Part shown: positions 10,339-19,138 of the stretch, in pieces
Layout of the letters: each line of letters opens with the position of its first letter
Numbering within the stretch: the stretch's first letter is position 1
IMG/VR virus record: IMGVR_UViG_3300041955_000143
Coordinates: 37,290-101,289 of that record
DNA length: 64,000 bases
Strand: one strand, 5' to 3'
DNA from: a virus
Taxonomy: Duplodnaviria; Heunggongvirae; Uroviricota; Caudoviricetes
Notes under the pieces: model-generated
Seen by the model: only the letters and a program-made list of their open reading frames with translations
Databases searched by the model: none
What the model was told of the DNA's origin: nothing
Program-made: the position numbers and the translations under genes

Positions 10339-10543
10339 TTCGGCACCTTCCTAGTGACTCTCTTATCGGCGTTTTTCGTAAATACGCCGTCAGGCACAAT
10401 AGGCCAGACCAATTCGCCGAACGGAATCCGGACGCGAATGTGAGGAAGGTCATGCCCTACCGAGACCAATGCGCCGAAGGTCGGCCTAGCGCCGAGGCGC
10501 AGCGCCAGATGACCGGATGCGGTTAGCTTGGCTTGCGGCAGCA

Positions 10544-12619
10544 TCAGCGCCTCCCTGCCGGCGCGTAGCGCCACTTACAGCTTCCCAACCTATAGAAGCT
10601 CCCGATGTCGCTGGTCTGGACACCGATCGCCATCAGCCGACCGCGGAAGCGAACACTGAGGTATTCAGTTTGCTGAGTGCAGGTATAGGGCCCGTAGGCG
10701 ATTGGCGTGTCGCCAGGATAGTTGACAACATAGAACGTCATTTGGATTTGGGCCGAGTTGCTGCCGCCAGCAAAGGTTTCCCATTTGAAATCCGGCAGCA
10801 CTTGGTCGACGAAAACAAATTCTTCGCCTTCCGCGAGGTAGAAGAAGCCCGTGAGGAAGCTGGAAACCAGCGGGGCTCCCGCTGCGTCTGGCGTCGTTTC
10901 GTGCTGGTAGATAATTCCGTTCGGCGAGGCACCAATCGGCATACCGAGCACACTCTGGTCGATCCAGGCCGACCGAGGCCAAGGGCCGTAATCCCAAGGT
11001 TGTCCCGGTTCGACCACGTTCATCTTGACGTAGGTATCGCACTCGCCGCTCACACTGGCCGCGCTTGGGAAAAGCCAGCCGACCTCGTTGAAGGGCGTGT
11101 TCGGCATGGTCCGGACATTCTGCAGATAATTCGTATTGATGTTCTGGAAGACACTGTCCCAGACCGGACACGGGATCGGCGCAACGCCACCGCTAGTGTA
11201 GCTGTAAAAATTGTTCCGCCCCATCCAATAGACGCTGCCGGAGAGATTCTGCATGGCATGAGACGAGATCATGCCCATGCCGACGCCGATCTTGTTAAAG
11301 CCGAAGACGTCAGGCGGCCCGATATAGGTCATTGCCCACAGATCGAGGTCGGTCCAAATGAGATTTTGATTTGGCGCCGACATGCCGCCCATGATCGCGG
11401 AGCCGGATGGGATCGTGAAGTTGCCGGCCTGTGTCTGAGCGCTGGCGACCCAATTAAAGAAGTTCGAGACGTCGCACCACTCTACCAAGAGTAATTGCTG
11501 CTGAAATCCAATTCCCTGCTTAACGGACGATCCGTAGGCGATAAGAATTTGCTCAGACATCGAGATAAAAATGCCGTTATTGAACGGCGGCCCGCTCGAA
11601 ATGATCTGCGCGTTTTGAAATCCGCCAGTCGGGTCCCAATAGAAAATGCCGCCGCCTTTCGGGCAGGCGACAAGAATGTTGCCCCAATTATCTTCCGTCC
11701 AATCGGTCGCGGTTATTTCTGTCCCGGTTTGCGGGGCACCGCTGATCGAGCCGCTGCCGGTTCCGTAACCACCTTCGCCATACCCACCTGCGCCATAACC
11801 GCCGCCGCCAGCAGCAGAGGCTGGACCGAGCGCAATGGAATAGACTAGCTGCGCGTTGCCGCCGTTCATCGGGAATGCGCCGCTGGCCGTGGCCTGCGTG
11901 GTGGTAGCTATGGTAAAATCATTGGCGTCGGTGACCGAAACCACGTCGTAGGCGGCGTCAATCGTGACGCCATTGCCAGTGGTCGTGATGGGGAAAACAA
12001 CCGTGCTTCCTACCGATTGGCCGTGAGCAACGAAGTTCACTGAGACAATTTCGCTGCCGATCGTCGTCGTGAAGATCGGAAGGCTCGGAACTCCACTCGT
12101 CGAGATCGCTGGTGCTGGCGCCCCCGTAATAAAGTTGATCGCGGTAATCTGATAGGAATCGGTCCCAGTTATATTCGTGATCGGGTAGAGACCGTCGAGG
12201 ATAATGCCGCCGATCGACACCGGCACATTGAAAAAGACAGAATCGAATGTCGTGACGTTGGCAATGTTCGGATCGGTGATTGTTACGACGGCACTCCCGG
12301 CCGTGGTCGAGAAGGACGGCGCGAAGTTGGAAATCAGCGTTTGTGGCGTAATATCCTTGAGCGAGTTGTTCGTTATGACCGCAAGCTGCTCAGTGGTCCC
12401 TATTCCGAGATGGGTGTTTGTGTTCAAGTCCTCCCAGGCATGAAGGTCCCGCGGTGTGCCCTTGATCGGATAGGGGTAGAATTGCTTGTAGCCGCCGAGC
12501 TTTTGAACCAAGCCGCCCTTAAATCTGACCATGCTCGCGGACGAAATCCCGGCGCGAAGCAGCGTCGGCGTCGATAAGACGTTAACTCCGGGAACGAGCG
12601 CAACGCTGCCAAATCCCAT
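10544..12619 (-). CDS. tail protein (691 aa; tail tubular/spike-type)
   Basis: Large S/T/G-rich beta-type sequence with Gly-Tyr linker (GGGGYGAGGYGEGGYGTG); sits between fiber gene and lysis-like small genes. Confidence 0.55.
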   Translation of the reverse strand: MGFGSVALVPGVNVLSTPTLLRAGISSASMVRFKGGLVQKLGGYKQFYPYPIKGTPRDLHAWEDLNTNTHLGIGTTEQLAVITNNSLKDITPQTLISNFAPSFSTTAGSAVVTITDPNIANVTTFDSVFFNVPVSIGGIILDGLYPITNITGTDSYQITAINFITGAPAPAISTSGVPSLPIFTTTIGSEIVSVNFVAHGQSVGSTVVFPITTTGNGVTIDAAYDVVSVTDANDFTIATTTQATASGAFPMNGGNAQLVYSIALGPASAAGGGGYGAGGYGEGGYGTGSGSISGAPQTGTEITATDWTEDNWGNILVACPKGGGIFYWDPTGGFQNAQIISSGPPFNNGIFISMSEQILIAYGSSVKQGIGFQQQLLLVEWCDVSNFFNWVASAQTQAGNFTIPSGSAIMGGMSAPNQNLIWTDLDLWAMTYIGPPDVFGFNKIGVGMGMISSHAMQNLSGSVYWMGRNNFYSYTSGGVAPIPCPVWDSVFQNINTNYLQNVRTMPNTPFNEVGWLFPSAASVSGECDTYVKMNVVEPGQPWDYGPWPRSAWIDQSVLGMPIGASPNGIIYQHETTPDAAGAPLVSSFLTGFFYLAEGEEFVFVDQVLPDFKWETFAGGSNSAQIQMTFYVVNYPGDTPIAYGPYTCTQQTEYLSVRFRGRLMAIGVQTSDIGSFYRLGSCKWRYAPAGRR

Positions 12620-12629
12620 GTGGCGAGCC

Positions 12630-13553
12630 TCATCCGGCTCGAATCAAGGTGACACCCGCGATCTGCACGGGAGGTATTGTATTGAAAGAACTGGGACTTG
12701 CGCTACCGACCTGAGCGCCAGTAAAAGTTAAAGATGAACTCGCGAGGATGGCGGCGCAAGGCACTCCCGAGCCCGAATTGGTAACCGGCACACGTCCAGG
12801 ATTGGTTGCATCGTTACTAAAACCCGACGTAGGAGCACTGAACGCCAATGAATTAAGCGTCACCGTGCCACTTGGCGTGAATTGCGGTAGTTGATTGGTG
12901 TTGCCCAGAGCTTCCGTATCCGCGCCACCAGCGGCGAGGAATGTGTCACCGCTAACGCCAGACGCGCTAATGCGCCCTGTCCCCTGATTGAACGATGCGC
13001 GGACGCGGCCACGCAAATCAGGCGTGACGTTGCTATTGCCAAGCAGCGCGTAAAGCTGTGGATAGGTCGCTTGGTTAAACACACTGCCGTTGCAAACGAG
13101 GTAAGGCGACACCGTACATGCTGTCATCCACGCCGGAAGCCCACTGTTGCCGCCAGCATACGCGAGATCGAGATACGTCCCGACCGGCGGCAGATCAACG
13201 TAGTCCATGTTCGTGCCGTCGTTGAAGACGTATGTCTTCTGACCGGGAGGTGCGCCAATCGCGTTACCGCCGCCAGAACTGGCAAGCTGGACGTAAAAGG
13301 CTCCGACCTGACAGCGATTCTCAATTATGAAGAAACCAGGGACCGGAATTGTAATCACGATATTTGCCGTGATTGCCCCAGTAAATCGAAGTAGTGCGCT
13401 TTGAGACTGGTACGGACCGGCCCAGGCTGCGCCTGAGTTCGGAGGCGTGCTCAATGTTACAGGTGCATTTGTCAGTCCGATTGTTGCGATATTGCCTACG
13501 AGGCTGTCCGTGGCTGAAAAATTCGCGTTACAAGGCTGATTCCATGAGCCCAC
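12630..13553 (-). CDS. tail fiber protein with phage tail-collar domain
   Basis: Motif LPAWMTACTVSPYLVCNGSVFNQATYPQLYALLGNSNVTPDLRGRV matches tail-collar (PF07484) signature PxGW..CDG....YP.L...G....LPDLRGR. Confidence 0.65.
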   Translation of the reverse strand: MGSWNQPCNANFSATDSLVGNIATIGLTNAPVTLSTPPNSGAAWAGPYQSQSALLRFTGAITANIVITIPVPGFFIIENRCQVGAFYVQLASSGGGNAIGAPPGQKTYVFNDGTNMDYVDLPPVGTYLDLAYAGGNSGLPAWMTACTVSPYLVCNGSVFNQATYPQLYALLGNSNVTPDLRGRVRASFNQGTGRISASGVSGDTFLAAGGADTEALGNTNQLPQFTPSGTVTLNSLAFSAPTSGFSNDATNPGRVPVTNSGSGVPCAAILASSSLTFTGAQVGSASPSSFNTIPPVQIAGVTLIRAG

Positions 13554-13626
13554 GTCGCTGTTTAATGCGGGAACATAGAGCCCCCTCGAGACGGTTTGGG
13601 GATCTGAAATTGTCGCCTCCTATTGC

Positions 13627-14340
13627 CTAGACGCGCGGGGGCGTCGCGATCGGTGCAGGTTGAAGACTTGTCCACGCTTGCGAGGCGTACCTTTTCCGCA
13701 TCTCTTCTACGTTCGCCGATTGCCAAAGATCAGAATAATGTTTTGCCCAAGACTCAGAACCTTGCGGGTCGTCCGTCATGGCGCCGAAGTCCTTCATATA
13801 AGCGTAACCCGCTATGCAAGCCTCAGCGAAGAATAGGTCTGGCAAGTAAAGCGAGAGTACGGTGGTTACGTTGCTCGCGCTCAGTGGCGTTGGTCGGATT
13901 GTACCGATCACCTCCATAGTATATGCGGCATCTGGCGCTGGACCGACGATAAATTGCTGGTCGGAAACTGGAGCGTAATACTCAGGCAGAGAGGGTGTTG
14001 ATGCTGCGGCCTCATTGCCCCACACAGCATCGAGATAATCTCTTGTCACTGGCACAAGCTGATTCCGATTCGTCGTCGTGCCCGATGGCGTGAAAAAATT
14101 CATTCCATTCGTGACAACGAAGCGGCCCAACGCCTGCGGCAACGTAAATGATCGACTATTTGCTGTTAGATTCGCGCTTGTGTCTCTTACAACCGTAGAT
14201 AAAAGATCAAGCTCGCGATACAACCTTTGCTCGCTGTCGTCGATAATTTGAGGAAGCGCCGTCTGATAGTTCGCGTCAGTCGGCGGAATGACGAGAAAAT
14301 TAGCAAGCTGGGCAACGAATTGCGCGTAGTTATAGCTCAC
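13627..14340 (-). CDS. structural-module hypothetical protein (237 aa)
   Basis: ORF immediately upstream of tail fiber gene; no recognised domain. Confidence 0.45.
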   Translation of the reverse strand: MSYNYAQFVAQLANFLVIPPTDANYQTALPQIIDDSEQRLYRELDLLSTVVRDTSANLTANSRSFTLPQALGRFVVTNGMNFFTPSGTTTNRNQLVPVTRDYLDAVWGNEAAASTPSLPEYYAPVSDQQFIVGPAPDAAYTMEVIGTIRPTPLSASNVTTVLSLYLPDLFFAEACIAGYAYMKDFGAMTDDPQGSESWAKHYSDLWQSANVEEMRKRYASQAWTSLQPAPIATPPRV

Positions 14341-14388
14341 GGCCTAAGCCCCGATTCCTGATTGATGGGCTTATAGCACGAATCGGCG

Positions 14389-14973
14389 CTACGCGCCCCA
14401 CCGGCAGACGGTGGCGAGTTGGTCTTGCAGCCGAACGGTATGTTCTTCATGCCACGCAGCGCGACGGTCAATGGCCGCTTTTTGAGCCTCGACATCGCCA
14501 TCGGCTCTTACGAGGCCGCCGTTGTAGGCGTAACGCTGCGGCGAAACATATCGCGGTGAGACATCGGGGAGCGGCTGGCGTGATGCCCTGTGATGCTCCT
14601 CCATCTCTTCGCGCGTCGGGCTAACTCCCATGCGTGAGGCGAAAATCGGTTTACCATCGTCGTACTTCACGTCGCCGAGGAAGGCGTTCCCATGATGATC
14701 GAAAACCGTTGGGCCCATCATAAATGGCGTTTCAATATCGGTCTCGACGTAAGCGGCACCCATGAGATCGCGCATTTCGGCTTCGATCTTCACGGCGCGC
14801 GAAAGCGGCCCTTCGTGCACCCACCATTCGCCGAATTTATCCTCGCCGATCGGCCAGGATTGAACCCGCACAATCGGATCGAACTTAATGCCCCGCAACG
14901 GCATGAGATTGCCAGCGGCGACAACCGCTGGCATAGCGAGAAGGCCGCCGAGGAATAAACGCCGAGAAAGCAA
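14389..14973 (-). CDS. secreted protein with Tat-like signal (MLSRRLFLGGLLAMPAVVAAG)
   Basis: RRxFLGG twin-arginine-like N-terminus read from translation. Confidence 0.45.
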   Translation of the reverse strand: MLSRRLFLGGLLAMPAVVAAGNLMPLRGIKFDPIVRVQSWPIGEDKFGEWWVHEGPLSRAVKIEAEMRDLMGAAYVETDIETPFMMGPTVFDHHGNAFLGDVKYDDGKPIFASRMGVSPTREEMEEHHRASRQPLPDVSPRYVSPQRYAYNGGLVRADGDVEAQKAAIDRRAAWHEEHTVRLQDQLATVCRWGA

Positions 14974-14976
14974 GGA

Positions 14977-15501
14977 TCACTCCTCAACCGTAAGGTTAAC
15001 CATGCGGCCGACCTCCTTCACGATCTTCGGCCGTGCGCCTTCGTGGTCGCGGGTCATGGTGTCTTTCGGGGTCTTTCCGAGCTTCTGTTCGGCCTCGACG
15101 ATTTGCTGGCGGGCGGCGGTGTTGCGCTCGCGAATCGCCTCTTCGGTTAATTCCTTCGGCCGATCCATGAGGATCTGGCCGCCCTTGATGATGTGCGGGG
15201 CGTTGTAACCGGGAGGAAGCCAAGTCGGATGACGCGACGGCGGTACTGGCTCAAAGCCCTGCTCGCGCATACGCGCGAGATAGAATGGGTCTTCCTGTCC
15301 GTAGACCGAGAACTTCTTCCACTCGTAAGTAAGATGGGAAGGGATTTCCTCGATCGGGATGGCAAACTCGTCTTGGAAGACTTGGCCGCGATGGCGGCGG
15401 GTCCGCGGCGCATCGTGCTCGGTCTCATGTTGCGCCGTAGCGCGTTGGTCTGCGGCGGAGACGTGTTCGTTCGGCCGCTTGGCCTTGGGTGCGTCAGACA
15501 T
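14977..15501 (-). CDS. hypothetical protein (174 aa)
   Basis: ORF tightly packed in structural block. Confidence 0.45.
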   Translation of the reverse strand: MSDAPKAKRPNEHVSAADQRATAQHETEHDAPRTRRHRGQVFQDEFAIPIEEIPSHLTYEWKKFSVYGQEDPFYLARMREQGFEPVPPSRHPTWLPPGYNAPHIIKGGQILMDRPKELTEEAIRERNTAARQQIVEAEQKLGKTPKDTMTRDHEGARPKIVKEVGRMVNLTVEE

Positions 15502-15515
15502 GGCGTTTTTCCTTT

Positions 15516-16631
15516 TTAGTAACCGATTCTTCCAATCTTGCCCTCGGCGGTCGCCTTAACAAGCTCTTGGGCATAGGTGCCGAAGGCCCGCTTGCGGTGC
15601 GCGGCTTCATCCTCTCCCGGCTTTGCGGGGTAGGAGAACAGCGCCGTTTCCTGCTGTGCTGGATTGAGTTGGACGGATCGGCGTTGCGCTGGCGCTCCGC
15701 CCGCGCTCGGGGGCGCATTGGTCGGCGGAGCCGCTGGCGTCGGTGTTTTCTTGGCCGCAGGTTTTGCCGCAGGAGCCGCAGGAGCCGCGCTACCATCGCC
15801 GCCCGCTGCGGGCTGTACCGTCGCCGCAGCCGACGTCACCGCAGGCTGTAGATGCTGCTCAATGACTTGGAAATACTCGGGCGTGTCGGGCCGGATGTTC
15901 TTGCCGAGCGCCGCCCAATGGCCTTGCATCATGGCCGCGTTCTTCGTCGCATCGCCGCCGACTTCGGTCGGCGCACATTCGCGATGCCCACGGAGCCAAT
16001 TTTGCGCTGCAGGAGAGAAATTGCCATTCGCCAGATACGCCTCGAATGGCTCGGTCACCGCCTGAGGGGCTTCAACGGCACCGCTAGCCGGAGGAGCGCG
16101 TCGAGTCGCCCCGGCCTCAATCTCAGTCTTGCGTCGGCTGTAATCCTTCAGTTCGGCCGCGGCGCCGGCAATCTGTTCCTGCGCATCGGCCATCTTGTCG
16201 GCGTCGCCAGCGTCAAAAGCCCGTTTGAACTCAGCCTTTGCCGAGGCCAGCGCCCGAGTCGAGTTGTCGATCCCGTTGGTGACCAGCGTCAATTCGGTGC
16301 TGCCGACCGCGTCGCGCGCTTCGGCCGCTTCCTGTTCGCGTTGCGCGGCAAGTCGCTGCGCCCGCTCCGCCCGTTGCCGTTCGGCATTAGCGGTAGCCGT
16401 GGCCGCGTCTGCGCGGCGCCGCTCTGCTTCGATCTTGCCTTGTGCCTCGAGGAGTGCTGCGGCGGCCTCGTCGGCCGCGTCTTTGACCGCTGGAGCGACG
16501 GTTGCTGCGGTTTGTCCGTTCGCTGGCGCGGCAGGAGCGCCGCTCGGTGTCTCGACTACCGGCTCTTCGCCCTCGACTTCGATGGTCACTACCGAGTCGT
16601 CGCTCAGTTCGACCGTTGCTGGATCAGGCAT
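15516..16631 (-). CDS. scaffolding-like protein (acidic, Ala/Glu-rich coiled coil)
   Basis: 371 aa, AERRRADAATATANAERQRAERAQRLAAQREQEAAEARD type coiled-coil low complexity typical of phage scaffolds. Confidence 0.5.
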   Translation of the reverse strand: MPDPATVELSDDSVVTIEVEGEEPVVETPSGAPAAPANGQTAATVAPAVKDAADEAAAALLEAQGKIEAERRRADAATATANAERQRAERAQRLAAQREQEAAEARDAVGSTELTLVTNGIDNSTRALASAKAEFKRAFDAGDADKMADAQEQIAGAAAELKDYSRRKTEIEAGATRRAPPASGAVEAPQAVTEPFEAYLANGNFSPAAQNWLRGHRECAPTEVGGDATKNAAMMQGHWAALGKNIRPDTPEYFQVIEQHLQPAVTSAAATVQPAAGGDGSAAPAAPAAKPAAKKTPTPAAPPTNAPPSAGGAPAQRRSVQLNPAQQETALFSYPAKPGEDEAAHRKRAFGTYAQELVKATAEGKIGRIGY

Positions 16632-16641
16632 TGCTTTTTCC

Positions 16642-17130
16642 TCAGTACGTTACGTCGGGTGATTCGATTACCCCGATGATGTCCTGGTCGCGTACCACGC
16701 GGCAGAGGCAGCCGTTGACGATGATCGAGCGTCCGTCCGCGACAAAAATTGGAACCCAGTCGCCAAGGTCAGCATGGTCAGGACCAAAATCGAAATGCTC
16801 GTCTGAGACGAACGCGGAGTGTCCCTTCATCAGAATAAGCCCCGCTTTTCCTTGGAAGGAATCCTCTTTGCGGGTCATATCCGAGAGATAGAACTTTTTC
16901 TCTCCCATCGCGATCGCTTCCGGCCGCTCGTAGACCGCGATCAAGACGCGATTGCCGTGCAACTTCGGGAAGCCGGGGATTTCCCCTAGTTTCTTCATCC
17001 CGACTTGCCGGTAGATCTTTTCCTTTGGGTCTTCGTCATGAACCGCAGGCCCAAGGCCCTTACCGCGCGGCTGTGCTAGCTCAGCGCGGCGCTTCTGCGC
17101 TACATGCGAGGGAACGATTAGCGAACTCAT
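16642..17130 (-). CDS. GroES-like co-chaperonin
   Basis: KAGLILMKG...GDWVPIF...VRDQDIIGVIE resembles GroES (GGIVLT...GD.V.F......ILAIVE) mobile loop / C-terminal pattern. Confidence 0.4.
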   Translation of the reverse strand: MSSLIVPSHVAQKRRAELAQPRGKGLGPAVHDEDPKEKIYRQVGMKKLGEIPGFPKLHGNRVLIAVYERPEAIAMGEKKFYLSDMTRKEDSFQGKAGLILMKGHSAFVSDEHFDFGPDHADLGDWVPIFVADGRSIIVNGCLCRVVRDQDIIGVIESPDVTY

Positions 17131-17375
17131 TAGATAAATGCTCCTGAGTCGAGTTGATCGACAAGCGCATACACTTCGGACGCATCACCGTGATTTATCA
17201 TATCGCAGGGACGCCGCCCATCAAGCAGAGGATGCGGCGTTCTCAACCAAATATCAATCTCATGGCGCTTGAGATATTCCAGCATCTTTCGCCGGATTCT
17301 TTCAAAGTCGTCTTGCGCGCTCATTCCTTTCTTTCCTGCGGGCCATATTGGTCCTTCTCGACCTCTTGGCACCAT
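17130..17375 (-). CDS. hypothetical protein (81 aa)
   Basis: Small ORF stop/start coupled to GroES-like gene. Confidence 0.35.
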   Translation of the reverse strand: MVPRGREGPIWPAGKKGMSAQDDFERIRRKMLEYLKRHEIDIWLRTPHPLLDGRRPCDMINHGDASEVYALVDQLDSGAFI

Positions 17376-17741
17376 TCGAGAACGTCGGTCAGGCCGCGAA
17401 TATATCCGGTCATGTGCCGGTACTCGGCGTAGTCTCTCGCTGTGCCGTTCTCCAATCCTTGCCGTCGTTCCTCGAGTTTTTCGGCAATGACGTTGTAGAT
17501 TCCTTTATGGAACCGATCAATGATGTCACGCGCCATTGCTACACAACTGGAGCGCCGAAGCCGCTCCCCGATCCGTTATGGGTTCCGTGACGCGCCCCGG
17601 ATCGGACGGCTTCGGTTTCGCTCTCCATGTTGGCCGGCTGCCCGGGTGCCCGAGTAACGGATGCGCGGCTACCATCCCGGAGCGTCCCGCGCCTCATGGC
17701 TGTCAGTGATCGGCCTTGTGCATTCCTCATTTTCTCAGAAC

Positions 17742-18632
17742 TCAAACGACCTGCGGCGGTGCTGGCTTTTTGGGCTTTTCGCCAATCTTTTCCAGTCTTG
17801 CGATTCCTGTAACTGACCCCGCGGTCATGTGATGCACCTGATTCGGCAACCGGCCGCCGCGGGCGCGAACGCTCGTTTTCTCGGCCTTGTCTGACCGAAT
17901 CAGTCCCTCGTCCTTCAGCGTCTTTTGGATCAGGGCGCGATCCTGTGCTTCGTCCTCATGGACGCGACCGCCACGCTTTTTCGACGCGGCATTGGCCGTA
18001 GCCGCGGCTTGCGAGTTGATAAGGTTCTCTTCGGCCGCTTGCTCCTTGGCGTCGCCAACAGATCCGGTTGGGCCACCATCTTCGCGGTGCACACGTCCGC
18101 CGCGCTTGCGGGGCGGCACGATTCCGGGCGGCACAGCGCCGGGAGGCCCACCCATCGGCGGCATTCCACCGGGCGGCATTGCCATCGGCGGGCGCGGCGG
18201 CATGGCGGGCGCACCCATCCCCGCTGCGGGCGGCAGCCCCGGAGCCACAGGAACCACCGGAGGCCGCGCCAATCCGGGCGCGATACCGGCGGGACCAGCA
18301 CCTCCGCCTTGCGGTGCCACGATGACGTTGACGTGAGTCGATCCGTGCTTCTTGGTTCGGCCGCCGCGGGCGCGAGCAGGCACCGCACCACCCTTGGCGT
18401 AGGTGGCGATCGGGTTGACTGCGACCGTGCCGCGCGAACCGCGATCAGCGCGGGATTTCGGCTTTGGACCTTCGCCGAAGCCGATATGCCGTTGCGGCCC
18501 CTCTTCATGGTCACGATTCGTCGGCGCGGTAATGTTGTTCGCTGGACCGGAGGCGCTGCCATATTCCTCCGTCATTTTTTTGAGCTTGGCGGTGTGTCCG
18601 TCGCGAGCGTCTTGAAGGTGAGGGTGAGCCAT
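17742..18632 (-). CDS. Gly/Pro-rich virion-associated protein (296 aa) with repeated RGGRV-type motifs
   Basis: KGGAVPARARGGR, RKRGGRVHREDGG, KKRGGRVHEDE, RARGGRLP repeats; proline-rich centre; opposite-strand ORFs here are Arg/Pro-rich artefacts. Confidence 0.45.
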   Translation of the reverse strand: MAHPHLQDARDGHTAKLKKMTEEYGSASGPANNITAPTNRDHEEGPQRHIGFGEGPKPKSRADRGSRGTVAVNPIATYAKGGAVPARARGGRTKKHGSTHVNVIVAPQGGGAGPAGIAPGLARPPVVPVAPGLPPAAGMGAPAMPPRPPMAMPPGGMPPMGGPPGAVPPGIVPPRKRGGRVHREDGGPTGSVGDAKEQAAEENLINSQAAATANAASKKRGGRVHEDEAQDRALIQKTLKDEGLIRSDKAEKTSVRARGGRLPNQVHHMTAGSVTGIARLEKIGEKPKKPAPPQVV

Positions 18633-18668
18633 GTTCAGTCCTCGATGTTGTCCACTCGGAGTTTTGTT

Positions 18669-18914
18669 TCAGCGCCCTTTAAGAGCTTGCTGCATTTCAT
18701 AAGGCGTCATCTGCGAGCCAGTTTCGTCGTCCCAGCCTTCTTTGTTGCCGACCCACCCGGGCGGCTTTGGAGTTGGCCTTAGCGGTGGCTTAGGATTGCC
18801 GGTCGGTCCGCCATCCGCGCGATACGGCGTGTTGTTCACGCCTTCCGCCTCTTTCATGCGGTCGATGAATTTGGGGTGTCGGGTATAGCCAGCACCTTTT
18901 TCTGGATATGCCAT
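18669..18914 (-). CDS. hypothetical protein (~81 aa)
   Basis: Small ORF between portal and Gly/Pro-rich protein; Met14 start chosen. Confidence 0.3.
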   Translation of the reverse strand: MAYPEKGAGYTRHPKFIDRMKEAEGVNNTPYRADGGPTGNPKPPLRPTPKPPGWVGNKEGWDDETGSQMTPYEMQQALKGR

Positions 18915-19138
18915 CAGGCAGCCTCTTGCTTCGACTTGAGAAAATAGGTGCACTTTGCTTGGTCAAATAACAGACGACCGGGGACCGATTTGTTGTAGAG
19001 ATTAACCAATTCGGTCAGCGTGTCCCAAGAAATGAGGCAAAGCCCTTCCCTACCCGCCCACTGTCGGGCAACCTCTTCCTTCGTCATTGTGACAGTAACG
19101 GTATCGGTCATGTCAGCAACCTATAGCCGATTTCGCGG

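Noticed and set aside
10517-11494. 325-aa plus-strand ORF and nested minus ORFs (10665..11171)
   Set aside because: Alternative frames of the 691-aa tail protein gene; Arg-rich
12630-13553. Diversity-generating retroelement targeting the tail fibre
   Set aside because: No reverse transcriptase gene and no template-repeat copy of the fibre C-terminus found in the window
15852-16679. 275-aa and 155-aa plus-strand ORFs
   Set aside because: Antisense to the scaffold-like gene; low-complexity Arg/Ala-rich
17887-18782. Several overlapping ORFs on both strands (149, 285, 210 aa)
   Set aside because: All are alternative frames of the Pro/Gly-rich gene 17742..18632; GC-rich repeat creates open frames everywhere
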